Positions 41,364 to 49,700 of a stretch of 64,000 bases of DNA are shown here, in pieces. Each line of letters starts with the position of its first letter. The stretch's first letter is position 1. Source of the DNA: Candidatus Nealsonbacteria bacterium (GTDB lineage: Bacteria; Patescibacteriota; Minisyncoccia; Minisyncoccales; JANBVM01); assembly GCA_047456315.1 (NCBI GenBank), contig CP179889.1, positions 512,776 through 576,775 of the forward strand, given 5' to 3'. The notes beneath the pieces are model-generated. The model was not told where the DNA came from. It made no database searches and was given only the letters and a program-made list of their open reading frames with translations. The translations under genes were made by a program, and so were the position numbers.

Positions 41364-41885
41364 TTATCTCTTCTTCCACTGCGGCGCTCTTCTGGCACGT
41401 TTTAAACCAGGCTTCTTTCTTTCTCTCATTCTTGAATCACGTTTCAAAAATCCAGCCTTTTTTAATCTTTTTCTAAAATCTGGATTAAAGAGAAGCAGGG
41501 CTCTAGCTGTGCCATGACGAACTGCCTCAGCCTGGGCATTCAATCCCCCTCCCCTGATAACAACAGAAATATTAAACTTATCAAGACACTTCATTTTTTC
41601 CAAAGATGCTAAAGCAGTTTTCTGAAGTTCAAAAGTTGGAAAATATTTTTTAAAAGGTTTTTTATTAATTGAAAAACCATTTTCTCCTTTTGTGAAAATT
41701 CTAATTCTGGCTACCGCTCTTTTTCTCCTTCCAACTGCTTCAATATATCTATCTGATTCAACTGCCTTCTCTTTCTTAACTTCTTTGGCTGCTTTTTCTG
41801 GCTTTTCTATCTTCTTCTTCTTTTCCTTGGTTTTTTTAACAGCTTTTGTTTTCTTTTTAGTTTTTGTTGTTTTGGCTTTAGGCAT
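41364..41885 (-). CDS. rpsI: 30S ribosomal protein S9 with Lys-rich N-terminal extension
   Basis: 173 aa; GRRKRAVARIR...GGG..AQAEAVRHGTARAL...RDSRMRERKKPG..KARRAPQWKKR. Confidence 0.95.
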   Translation of the reverse strand: MPKAKTTKTKKKTKAVKKTKEKKKKIEKPEKAAKEVKKEKAVESDRYIEAVGRRKRAVARIRIFTKGENGFSINKKPFKKYFPTFELQKTALASLEKMKCLDKFNISVVIRGGGLNAQAEAVRHGTARALLLFNPDFRKRLKKAGFLKRDSRMRERKKPGLKRARRAPQWKKR

Positions 41886-41887
41886 AA

Positions 41888-42247
41888 CTATTTACTAATC
41901 TTTTCAAACTTTAATCTTTTCAATTGTTCAGACCTTAATTTATTTTTAGGCAGCATTCCTGAAACAGCTTTTTTTAAAACCTCATCAGGTTTCTCTTTAA
42001 AAAGCTTTTTCAAAGGAGTTATTTTTAATCCGCCCATATATCCTGAATGCCTGTAATATTTCTTCTGCTCCATTTTTTTGCCAGTAATTTTTATCTTTGA
42101 AACATTTTTAATAACCACAACATCACCCATATCCTTATAAGGAACAAAATCTGGTTTATGTTTCCCTCGCAAAAGCAAAGCAACCCTGGTTGCCAATCTT
42201 CCCAAGACCTTGTTTTCTGCATCAATTGTATGGGTTTTACGCTCCAT
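41888..42247 (-). CDS. rplM: 50S ribosomal protein L13
   Basis: 119 aa; IDAENKVLGRLATRVALLLRGKHKPDF...YYRHSGYMGG. Confidence 0.95.
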   Translation of the reverse strand: MERKTHTIDAENKVLGRLATRVALLLRGKHKPDFVPYKDMGDVVVIKNVSKIKITGKKMEQKKYYRHSGYMGGLKITPLKKLFKEKPDEVLKKAVSGMLPKNKLRSEQLKRLKFEKISK

Positions 42248-42249
42248 AA

Positions 42250-42600
42250 TTATTTAACTAATTCTATTATTGCTATTTTTGCTCCATCTGATCTTCTGGG
42301 CGCAAGCTTAATAATTCTTGTGTAACCGCCTTTTCTTTTTTTGTACCTTGGAGCAATCTCATCAGTTATCTTTTTTACTACATCTTTTGAGAAATTTCTA
42401 GCCAGCATCCTTCTAGCGCTAATTGTCCCGATCTTTCCTTTGGTAATTTGTTTTTGGGCAAAAACTGAAACCTCCTTAGCTTTAGCTAAGGTGGTCTGTA
42501 TCTTTTCTCTTAAAAAAAGTTCTCTGGCTAAAGACCTTAAAAGAGCTTTTCTCTGATTACTCTTTCTTTTAAGTTTTCTTCCTTTTTTTCTTTTTCTCAT
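42250..42600 (-). CDS. rplQ: 50S ribosomal protein L17
   Basis: MRKRKKGRKLKRKSNQRKALLRSLA...GGYTRI. The ORF track extends to 42624; the ATG at 42600 matches the L17 consensus start. Confidence 0.93.
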   Translation of the reverse strand: MRKRKKGRKLKRKSNQRKALLRSLARELFLREKIQTTLAKAKEVSVFAQKQITKGKIGTISARRMLARNFSKDVVKKITDEIAPRYKKRKGGYTRIIKLAPRRSDGAKIAIIELVK

Positions 42601-43351
42601 CTTCCTTTTTTTCTTTTTTAACAAGCTTTTTCTTTTTTACTTCCTTTGTTTCTTTTTTAACAGGCTTTTTTACCAGACCCTGGAAAAACAAATCAAAATG
42701 CTTTAGTAAAATATCTGAGGCCTTGGAAAATGCATCCTCTGGAGACATTATTCCATCAGTTTCTATTTCTAAAAACAATCTGTCGAAATCTGTTCTCTCA
42801 CCCACTCTCATATTTTCTGTTTTAATAGCAATTCTTTTAATAGGAGTAAATATTGCATCTAGGGTAATAACTCCAATTTCCTGCTTTTCCTTTTTTCTTG
42901 ATTCTCTTGGCACATAACCCAGTCCTTTTTCAACTTGAATTTCCATTTCCAAGCTTGCCTTGTTTTCTGTTAAAGTTGCAATATGGCAATCTTTATTAAC
43001 TAGCTCCAGCTGACTGGGCAGCTTGAAATCAGAACCCTTTATTTCTTTTTCACCCTTAACTTTCAAAATAGCTTTCTGGGGCTCGTCAGATAAAATCTTG
43101 AACCTCATCTGTTTTAAATTAAGCATAATATTGACAACGTCTTCCAAAACACCAGGGATTGTTGAAAACTCATGAGAAACATTCTTTATCTTCATCTGGG
43201 TAACTGCGGCTCCGCCTAAAGAAGAAAGAAGCACTCTTCGTAAAGCATTGCCAATCGTTACTCCATAGCCAGGATAAAGAGCCTCTATTTCAAATATGGC
43301 TTTGTTCTTTTGTTTTTTAATAATTTTTGGTTTAAGAGGCAGCGGGATCAT
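42569..43351 (-). CDS. rpoA: RNA polymerase alpha subunit, N-terminal domain only, with a Lys-rich tail in place of the alpha-CTD
   Basis: 260 aa; GYGVTIGNALRRVLLSSLGGAAV. The NTD ends near residue 224 (LLKHFDLFFQ), followed by a 36-aa tail GLVKKPVKKETKEVKKKKLVKKEKKEDEKKKKRKKT. Confidence 0.92.
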   Translation of the reverse strand: MIPLPLKPKIIKKQKNKAIFEIEALYPGYGVTIGNALRRVLLSSLGGAAVTQMKIKNVSHEFSTIPGVLEDVVNIMLNLKQMRFKILSDEPQKAILKVKGEKEIKGSDFKLPSQLELVNKDCHIATLTENKASLEMEIQVEKGLGYVPRESRKKEKQEIGVITLDAIFTPIKRIAIKTENMRVGERTDFDRLFLEIETDGIMSPEDAFSKASDILLKHFDLFFQGLVKKPVKKETKEVKKKKLVKKEKKEDEKKKKRKKT

Positions 43352-43423
43352 AGTTTTTTAAAACAAGAAACAAGATACAGATAACAGGATTTTATTTTGT
43401 TATATGTTTTTTGTTCCCTGTCA

Positions 43424-44056
43424 TTAACGTGAATAAAACTCAAATATTGATAATATGTCTACTGGGGGAGCCACTTCCTCTAGGGTGGGCTCACCAATTA
43501 TTTCTGCTTCTAATTTATCCTTGTTCAATTTTAACCAACTGGGAGTTTTATGCTTTTTCATTAATTGCTTGAATTCTTTGATAATATTTTTCTTTAATTT
43601 CTGCTCTTTCACAGAAAGAACATCTCCTTTTTTAAGCTGGCAGGAAGGAATATTTATTGCTTTTCCATTAACCTTAAAAAATCCATGTGAAACTATAGTT
43701 CTTGCTTTTCTTCTTGACAGGGTAAAACCTAATCTAAAAACTATATTATCTAATCTAGATTCTAAATTTTTAATCAAAAGCAAAGGAGCATCTTCCATCT
43801 TCCCTTTTTTTGTCAAAAGCTTTTTCACATAATTCTTAAATTGCTTCTCTGATAAATTATACCAGTTTTTAAGCTTCTGTTTTTCCCTTAACTCTTTGGC
43901 ATACTCAGAAGGACGACTCTTCCTTCGTTTCCCTTTCTGACCAGGAGGATAAGGCCTTCTTACCATTGAGCACTTTGGTGAAAAGCAACGCTCACCTTTT
44001 AAAAAAAGTTTCTCTCCTGCCCGTCTACAAATTTTACAAATTGATTGTTTTACCAT
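43424..44056 (-). CDS. rpsD: 30S ribosomal protein S4 (zinc-finger form)
   Basis: 210 aa; CKICRR..C..PKC N-terminus, RLDNIVFRLGF, and an S4 domain. Confidence 0.95.
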   Translation of the reverse strand: MVKQSICKICRRAGEKLFLKGERCFSPKCSMVRRPYPPGQKGKRRKSRPSEYAKELREKQKLKNWYNLSEKQFKNYVKKLLTKKGKMEDAPLLLIKNLESRLDNIVFRLGFTLSRRKARTIVSHGFFKVNGKAINIPSCQLKKGDVLSVKEQKLKKNIIKEFKQLMKKHKTPSWLKLNKDKLEAEIIGEPTLEEVAPPVDILSIFEFYSR

Positions 44057-44058
44057 AC

Positions 44059-44511
44059 CTACACTCTTCTTGGTTTCTTAGGCCTGCAGCCGTTATGAGG
44101 AACAGGTGTAATATCTTTAAAAGAAATAATATCAAAATCCCTGCCAGCTAAGCTCCTGATTGCTGATTCTCTGCCAGAACCTATGCCTTTTACAAAAACC
44201 CTTATCTTGTTTATTTTCAACTTATAAATTGCATGAATCATTGCCTCTGCCACCTTGGAAGCAGCAAAAGGAGTTCCTTTTTTTGTTCCTTTAAAACCCA
44301 GCCTACCTGCAGAAGTCCAGTAAAGCACCTGACCCAAAGGATCAGTCAAAGTTAAAATAGTGTTGTTATACGAAGAAAAAACACAAAGCCTACCTTCTCT
44401 TATCTTTTGAGTGGTTTTAACTTGAACATCTTTTCTAACTGCTGCTTCTACCTTATCTCTCTCTTTTAGCAGCTCCTCTTTACTTTTTACAACAACACGT
44501 TTCTTTCCCAT
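44059..44511 (-). CDS. rpsK: 30S ribosomal protein S11
   Basis: 150 aa; NNTILTLTD..G....WTSAG..GFKGTKKGTPFAA...PVPHNGCRPKKPRRV. Confidence 0.96.
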   Translation of the reverse strand: MGKKRVVVKSKEELLKERDKVEAAVRKDVQVKTTQKIREGRLCVFSSYNNTILTLTDPLGQVLYWTSAGRLGFKGTKKGTPFAASKVAEAMIHAIYKLKINKIRVFVKGIGSGRESAIRSLAGRDFDIISFKDITPVPHNGCRPKKPRRV

Positions 44512-44529
44512 TTTATACTAAAATAAATA

Positions 44530-44919
44530 TTATTTAGGTGTTGGAGGCGCCTTTCTGCCAGAACCAACTGTTTTTCTAACATTTCCTCTTACTGTTCTTG
44601 TATTTGTCCTTGTTCTCTGGCCCCTGACAGGCAAACCCCTAATATGTCTTAATCCCCGCCAGCATCCAATATCTTTTAATCTTTTAACACTTATCATTAT
44701 TTCTCTTCTCTTTTCTCCTTCAACTTTGTAATTTTTTTCAATTGCTTGTTTTAAAAGATTGATCTCATCTGAACTAAGATCCTTTGCTTTGGCTGAAGGA
44801 TTAATGCCTGTTTTTTCTAGGATTTTTTTACTCAAAGAAAGACCTATTCCGAAAATATAGGTTAAGGCAATTACTATTCTTTTTTGTTCTGGTATACTAA
44901 CACCAGCAATTCTTGGCAT
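44530..44919 (-). CDS. rpsM: 30S ribosomal protein S13
   Basis: 129 aa; [26 protein letters not shown]...[12 protein letters not shown]. Confidence 0.96.
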   Translation of the reverse strand: MPRIAGVSIPEQKRIVIALTYIFGIGLSLSKKILEKTGINPSAKAKDLSSDEINLLKQAIEKNYKVEGEKRREIMISVKRLKDIGCWRGLRHIRGLPVRGQRTRTNTRTVRGNVRKTVGSGRKAPPTPK

Positions 44920-44938
44920 CTTATAAGATATTAATTAG

Positions 44939-45055
44939 TCAACCTTGTCGCTGTTTATGTTTTGGGTTTTTCTTGCAGATAATATAAACCCGGCCTTTTC
45001 TTCTAACAACCTTGCAGTGCTTACAAAATTTTTTTACTGATGACTTGACTTTCAT
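44939..45055 (-). CDS. rpmJ: 50S ribosomal protein L36
   Basis: Own translation [38 protein letters not shown] (38 aa, TGA stop). Too short for the ORF track; canonical position between infA and rpsM. Confidence 0.93.
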   Translation of the reverse strand: MKVKSSVKKFCKHCKVVRRKGRVYIICKKNPKHKQRQG

Positions 45056-45094
45056 TTAACTTTAAATTAATGGATTTTATCTAAATGACAAACA

Positions 45095-45116
45095 TTCTCG
45101 AATAAAAATTCGAGAA
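45095..45116 (-). other. Perfect 9-bp hairpin between infA and rpmJ
   Basis: TTCTCGAAT-aaaa-ATTCGAGAA. The U-tract on the minus strand is weak (TGTTTGTC). Function unknown. Confidence 0.4.
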
Positions 45117-45146
45117 GCTTATTAGTTTCCTTAAATGTTTTACTTC

Positions 45147-45371
45147 TCAGCGGTTCCTGTAAACAATCCTCCCTCTCTTTTCGTCATAAGGACTCAATTC
45201 CACAGTTACCTTGTCTCCAGGCAGAATCTTAATCCGATACATTCTCATTTTCCCAGCTAAATGGCACAAAGCTTCTTTGCCATCTTCTAATTCAACCCGG
45301 AAGTTAGCGCTGGGCAAGGCCTCTAAAACTGTTCCAAATTTTTTGATTTTTTTTGCTTTCTTTTTTTCCAC
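45147..45371 (-). CDS. infA: Translation initiation factor IF-1 (GTG start)
   Basis: 74 aa; [51 protein letters not shown]. Confidence 0.95.
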   Translation of the reverse strand: MEKKKAKKIKKFGTVLEALPSANFRVELEDGKEALCHLAGKMRMYRIKILPGDKVTVELSPYDEKRGRIVYRNR

Positions 45372-45383
45372 GAGTAATTGATT

Positions 45384-45412
45384 ACTTTACCAAAAACCTG
45401 CACTTTGGTCAA
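45384..45412 (-). promoter_or_regulatory. Sigma70-like promoter (TTGACC-17-TAAAGT) upstream of infA
   Basis: TTGACC is the reverse complement of 45407-45412. TAAAGT is the reverse complement of 45384-45389. 12 nt to the GTG. Confidence 0.45.
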
Positions 45413-45422
45413 CCCTATTTTT

Positions 45423-46724
45423 TTAGATCGAGTTATCTATGAAACTGTAATTAATATTGATTTTTTCAATATCTTTAGGCGCATTTTTAACCCAAAAAGG
45501 CCAGAATTCAACTTTTGCCTTTTCAATTTCTGGCTGGTTCTCTAAAAATACAGTTGTTCCAGCCAGAGACTTTCCCATTAGCTCTCTTTTAAGAAGCTTT
45601 AAGTTAATATCAGAATAAACTTCAACTGATATCTTTAAAATAACTACTGCTTTTTCAGTATCAAAATTAATGGTCTGAGGTGTGTAATCTATCTTCAAGC
45701 TCTCTTTATAAAGTGTTTTGTTATCAATATCCTGAAAAGAAACAAGCTGTCTTACATACTCTTCAATATCTTTTTTCTCAAATAAGAAGGTTTTGGACTT
45801 GGCTTTTACTTTGAAACTAAAGGTTTCTGCTTCATCACCTGCTTTAGTTAAAGAAAATTTTTCCAGAACTTCTGTTTCTAGAATATCATCTAAAAAGATT
45901 TGGTTGTCTGGAATTTTACTTCTCAAGTCATTCTCAGAAGCACTCTTGGTCTTTTTAATTAAAGATTCCTCTGCCAACTCTAAATCTTGCTCCGTAACCT
46001 GTAAAGAATCCCCTCCTCCTGTCATTGGTTTTAAAGATTCTCCATAAAACTTAGTGTATCTTGGCGTGCCCCTGAAAACATATATTGAGAAATGAGTTGG
46101 TTCTATATTATAATCTTCTCCTGACTCAGCAGCAATTACATCAACATCAACATATCTAGCAATAAGCTTTCCATTTTTAAGCTCAGCTCCTGGCACAATT
46201 ATCTTATCCTTTGACTTAAATAATTTGCCTTCTGATGACACAAACCTGGTTCCTTTAAGCCAGGTTTCAGATTTAGTAGAATATTCATTATAAAGACGTA
46301 TTGTTCCTTCTGCTTTTTTTAAGGTTGTTCCTGTTGAATCAAATTCCTCATAAAGAACTTTCTGGGTTTCAAACACAGAGGCAGGAATAACCCTATAAGT
46401 TAAATCAACTTCATCAGCTTTTGTATCAATTGTCAGTTCAGTTTCAAAACTAAGTAATTCTGTTTTAGGCCAGATTACAATTTCAGCTTTTGATATCTGA
46501 AAAGCAACAAAAACAAACGAAGCTAAAAGAACAGGAATAATAACCCAGCCCACCCTAAAGCCCTTCTTTTTAATCTCTTCACCAGCAGCTATGGCTTGAG
46601 CTTTTTTCTTTATCTTTTCAATAGCTTCTTTCTCAAAAATCTTTTCCTTAAAGGTTGTAACAGTTGGCTTTTTATCCTTCTCTATCTTTTCTGGAGGTAT
46701 AATATCAAATATCTTTTTAGTCAT
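45423..46724 (-). CDS. Hypothetical membrane-anchored protein (weak baseplate-J-like resemblance in the central region)
   Basis: 433 aa; TM helix GWVIIPVLLASFVFVAFQI. The central segment GTRFVSSEGKLFKS..IIVPG...VDVDVIAAESGEDYNI loosely recalls baseplate J/gp47-like repeats. Resemblance not verified. Confidence 0.55.
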   Translation of the reverse strand: MTKKIFDIIPPEKIEKDKKPTVTTFKEKIFEKEAIEKIKKKAQAIAAGEEIKKKGFRVGWVIIPVLLASFVFVAFQISKAEIVIWPKTELLSFETELTIDTKADEVDLTYRVIPASVFETQKVLYEEFDSTGTTLKKAEGTIRLYNEYSTKSETWLKGTRFVSSEGKLFKSKDKIIVPGAELKNGKLIARYVDVDVIAAESGEDYNIEPTHFSIYVFRGTPRYTKFYGESLKPMTGGGDSLQVTEQDLELAEESLIKKTKSASENDLRSKIPDNQIFLDDILETEVLEKFSLTKAGDEAETFSFKVKAKSKTFLFEKKDIEEYVRQLVSFQDIDNKTLYKESLKIDYTPQTINFDTEKAVVILKISVEVYSDINLKLLKRELMGKSLAGTTVFLENQPEIEKAKVEFWPFWVKNAPKDIEKININYSFIDNSI

Positions 46725-46730
46725 TAGATT

Positions 46731-46758
46731 ATTATATAGAAATCTTTTGTGTTTGAAA
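46731..46758 (-). promoter_or_regulatory. Sigma70-like promoter (TTTCAA-16-TATAAT), -10 ends 6 nt before the ATG at 46724
   Basis: TATAAT is the reverse complement of 46731-46736. TTTCAA is the reverse complement of 46753-46758. Confidence 0.45.
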
Positions 46759-46928
46759 AGATGAAATAAAAAAACCTCGTTATCTAAACGCCTTGTTTAT
46801 GTTATAGCTGTCAATAACAACAAAAAGTCTGCCCTAACTCCGAGGAACAAACGATATTAGGAAAACAAAAACTGCCTCAAAAGAGGTAGTTTTTGCCTTT
46901 TTCAAAACCACAATCAAATTGTGGACTT

Positions 46929-46964
46929 AAAAAAAAGAGAGGAGAGAAAAAGAAAATTCTCTCC
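46929..46964 (-). terminator. Intrinsic terminator after the 66-aa ORF
   Basis: Minus strand GGAGAGAA-ttttcttt-TTCTCTCC then TCTC and T8. Two further hairpin + T-run elements follow at 46908-46924 and 46872-46889. Confidence 0.65.
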
Positions 46965-46968
46965 ATAA

Positions 46969-47169
46969 TTAATCTTGATAAAGTTTCTGCATTTTCGCAG
47001 TAACTTTCTCTATTTTTTTAATGAGGAATTTCTTCCTCAATAAAAACGAAGAATTCCTCATTTTTTCATCCAAGAGAGAAAGCTCTTTAGAGAACTTTTC
47101 TACTTTTTTGAAAAACTCTTCAGGGAGAGAATCTACGATTTTCTCCCTCTCTTTTCCGATACCTGTCAT
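46969..47169 (-). CDS. Hypothetical small helical protein (66 aa)
   Basis: The ORF has its own promoter and terminator. No recognisable motif. Confidence 0.5.
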   Translation of the reverse strand: MTGIGKEREKIVDSLPEEFFKKVEKFSKELSLLDEKMRNSSFLLRKKFLIKKIEKVTAKMQKLYQD

Positions 47170-47176
47170 GATTATA

Positions 47177-47204
47177 ATTATACACTATTTATAAAATTTG
47201 TCAA
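47177..47204 (-). promoter_or_regulatory. Sigma70-like promoter (TTGACA-16-TATAAT), -10 ends 7 nt before the ATG at 47169
   Basis: TTGACA is the reverse complement of 47199-47204. TATAAT is the reverse complement of 47177-47182. Confidence 0.55.
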
Positions 47205-47266
47205 CCCCAAACCTGTTCAACGACTGCCCTGATTTTCCTACAATCGAAACAAAATCCTTTGAAAAC

Positions 47267-47527
47267 TTATTTGTATAAATTACTATGGCTATCAATAGCA
47301 ATAAAAACGGCTCTATCTCTGACCAGCCGTTTATATACTGCCCTTAAATCCCCTGTCACGTTAATGCTTCTATATCCTTTATACTTTCCTTTTAAAGGAT
47401 GATTATTAAGAATTGGGTCAAATTCATCTTTAAAGAAAATCTGTATTTTTTCTTTAAATTTATTTCTCTCTCTTTTCTGTAATTTTTTGTATTGTTTTTC
47501 AAAATTCTTATGAAATCTGATATTCAT
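47267..47527 (-). CDS. Type II toxin, RelE/YafQ-family mRNA interferase
   Basis: 86 aa; FEKQYKKL...NNHPLKGKYKGYRSINVTGDLRAVYK. 4-nt overlap with the upstream antitoxin. Confidence 0.8.
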   Translation of the reverse strand: MNIRFHKNFEKQYKKLQKRERNKFKEKIQIFFKDEFDPILNNHPLKGKYKGYRSINVTGDLRAVYKRLVRDRAVFIAIDSHSNLYK

Positions 47528-47799
47528 AAGCTGTCGAGATAATCATTAGCTTCATCGCCAGAAGAAAACGCTGGGGAAAGATTTTTTCCCTCCTCAATAT
47601 CTTTCTCAACCTTACCAATAAAAAGTTCGAATTCAGGAATCATTCTAGGAATAGCCGAAAAATATACTTCTCTAGTTCTAATAAAATTTCTAAGAGAAGC
47701 ATTGATAACATCACTTAAAGAAAGACCCAGCTCTTTGGCGAGTTTTTGAGCATTATTTTTTATTCTTTTATCTGTTTTAATATTAATTACCTCTTTCAT
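47524..47799 (-). CDS. Type II antitoxin, RelB/DinJ-like (ribbon-helix-helix)
   Basis: 91 aa; INIKTDKRIKNNAQKLAKELGLSLSDVINASLRNFI. Confidence 0.75.
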   Translation of the reverse strand: MKEVINIKTDKRIKNNAQKLAKELGLSLSDVINASLRNFIRTREVYFSAIPRMIPEFELFIGKVEKDIEEGKNLSPAFSSGDEANDYLDSL

Positions 47800-47807
47800 A
47801 TATCTAA

Positions 47808-47836
47808 AGTATATACGATAGCTATACCTGTGTCAA
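47808..47836 (-). promoter_or_regulatory. TA-operon promoter (TTGACA-17-TATACT) with palindrome ATAGCTAT in the spacer (candidate operator)
   Basis: TTGACA is the reverse complement of 47831-47836. TATACT is the reverse complement of 47808-47813. Palindrome at 47818-47825. The -10 ends 8 nt before the ATG. Confidence 0.55.
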
Positions 47837-47857
47837 CATCGTCAAACTTTAAACAGC

Positions 47858-49699
47858 TCATTCAACAACTGCCCTTATCCTCCTTATCCCAGCTCCAACT
47901 GATTCTTCTTTAATAATTTTAAAACTACCTAATTCACTGGTTTTTTTAACATGAGGACCTACGCAAATTTCTTTTGAAAACTTATTAATAGAATAAACTG
48001 TTACTTTGTCAGGATATTTTTCCTTAAAAAACGCTAAGGCACCGGACTTAACTGCATCAGAATAACTCATTTCCTGTTTTTTAACTTCTAAATCCTGTTT
48101 AATTTTCTGATTAACCAAATCTTCAACTTTTTTAATTTCATTGGTTGTCATTTTTTCTGGATGGGAAAAATCAAAACGCAATCTTTCATGAGTAATATCA
48201 GAGCCCATCTGTTTAACATGATCACCTAAAACAGCTCTCAGCGCCTGATGAAGCAAGTGTGTTGCGGTGTGAAGTTTTATGGCTTGATAAGTTGCCTCTT
48301 TGCCAACTCCTCCAAACTTCTTTTCCGCTCCAGCCCGTGATATTTGCTGGTGTATTTTAAAGGCCTTTTTAAATCCTTTTTCATCAACAGTTAATCCTTT
48401 TTCATCAGCCAGCTCTTTTGTTAACTCCAAGGGAAAACCATAAGTATCATACAAGTGAAACGCGTCAATACCTGAAATATTACCTTTAGCCGCAACTCTT
48501 CCAAATTGCTTTAATCCTTCCTGAAGAGTAGTTTCAAACCTTTCTTCTTCATTTCTAATAATTGTTAAAATATTATTCTCCTGGGACTTTACTTCAGAAT
48601 AAATATCCTTGTAAGTTTCAATTACTTTCTTAGCCAAAGGAATTAAAAAATTCTCAGGCATATCAATCAATTTTCCAAACCTGATTGCTCTTCTTATAAG
48701 CCGCCTTAAAATATATCCTCTTTCTGTATTAGAAGGAATAAGACCTTCAGAAGCCAAAAAAACAGTGCCTCTAATATGGTCAGCAATAATTTCAAATGAT
48801 TTTATATTGTCTCTATACTCTTTCCCGCCCGAAAGATTTTTAATTTCATTTATCACATTAATAAACAAATCTGTTTCAAAAATATTATCTTTTTTTTGAA
48901 CAACCGCAACCGTTCTTTCTAATCCCCCGCCAAAATCAACATTTTTTTGTGACAGTTTTTTAAATCCCTTCTCTGTTTTTACATATTCCATAAAAACGCT
49001 GTTGCCAATCTCAATGAATCTTCCGCAATCACAATTAAGATGACAGAGTTGGTTTTTCCAAACAGATTGTTCATGACGCTTTAAATCTTCTCCTAAATCA
49101 TAAAAAACCTCGCTGTCTGGTCCTCCTGGTTCGCTTACTGGCATATTTTGAGGCAGGCCTGACCTAGACCACCAGTTTTTAGTTTCATCATAGTAAAAGA
49201 TTCTTCCATCCTTCATTCCATTTTTTTCAGAAAAATCAATATCTTTTGCTTTAATTCCAGCACTGGAAAATAATTTTTTCCAAATCTCAACAGATTCACT
49301 GTCCCTGCTTATTTCTTTGATTCCACGGAATACTGTCACATATAATCTTTTAGGGTCAATCTTTAATTCTTTTGTTAGAAACTCAAAATACCAGCTCAAT
49401 TGTTCTTTTTTAAAATAATTTCCTAAAGACCAATTACCAAGCATTTCAAAAAAAGTGGTGTGACAATTATCACCCACTTCTTCTATGTCTTCAGTGCGAA
49501 AACACTTTTGAGAATTAGTTAAACGAACACCTTTAGAATGTTTTTCACCTAATAAATATGAAATCAAGGGCTGCATTCCAGAACCAATAAAAAGAGTGGT
49601 TGGATCATCTTTTGGAATTAAAGAAGCACTTGGAATAATAGCGTGACTTTTAGACTTAAAAAATTCCAGATATTTATCTCTGATTTCTTTTGAGGTCAT
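47858..49699 (-). CDS. alaS: Alanyl-tRNA synthetase lacking the C-Ala domain
   Basis: 613 aa; catalytic core, editing-domain HTATHLLHQALR..., and CVGPHV. The protein ends right after the editing domain (..GIRRIRAVVE). Confidence 0.92.
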   Translation of the reverse strand: MTSKEIRDKYLEFFKSKSHAIIPSASLIPKDDPTTLFIGSGMQPLISYLLGEKHSKGVRLTNSQKCFRTEDIEEVGDNCHTTFFEMLGNWSLGNYFKKEQLSWYFEFLTKELKIDPKRLYVTVFRGIKEISRDSESVEIWKKLFSSAGIKAKDIDFSEKNGMKDGRIFYYDETKNWWSRSGLPQNMPVSEPGGPDSEVFYDLGEDLKRHEQSVWKNQLCHLNCDCGRFIEIGNSVFMEYVKTEKGFKKLSQKNVDFGGGLERTVAVVQKKDNIFETDLFINVINEIKNLSGGKEYRDNIKSFEIIADHIRGTVFLASEGLIPSNTERGYILRRLIRRAIRFGKLIDMPENFLIPLAKKVIETYKDIYSEVKSQENNILTIIRNEEERFETTLQEGLKQFGRVAAKGNISGIDAFHLYDTYGFPLELTKELADEKGLTVDEKGFKKAFKIHQQISRAGAEKKFGGVGKEATYQAIKLHTATHLLHQALRAVLGDHVKQMGSDITHERLRFDFSHPEKMTTNEIKKVEDLVNQKIKQDLEVKKQEMSYSDAVKSGALAFFKEKYPDKVTVYSINKFSKEICVGPHVKKTSELGSFKIIKEESVGAGIRRIRAVVE

Positions 49700-49700
49700 A

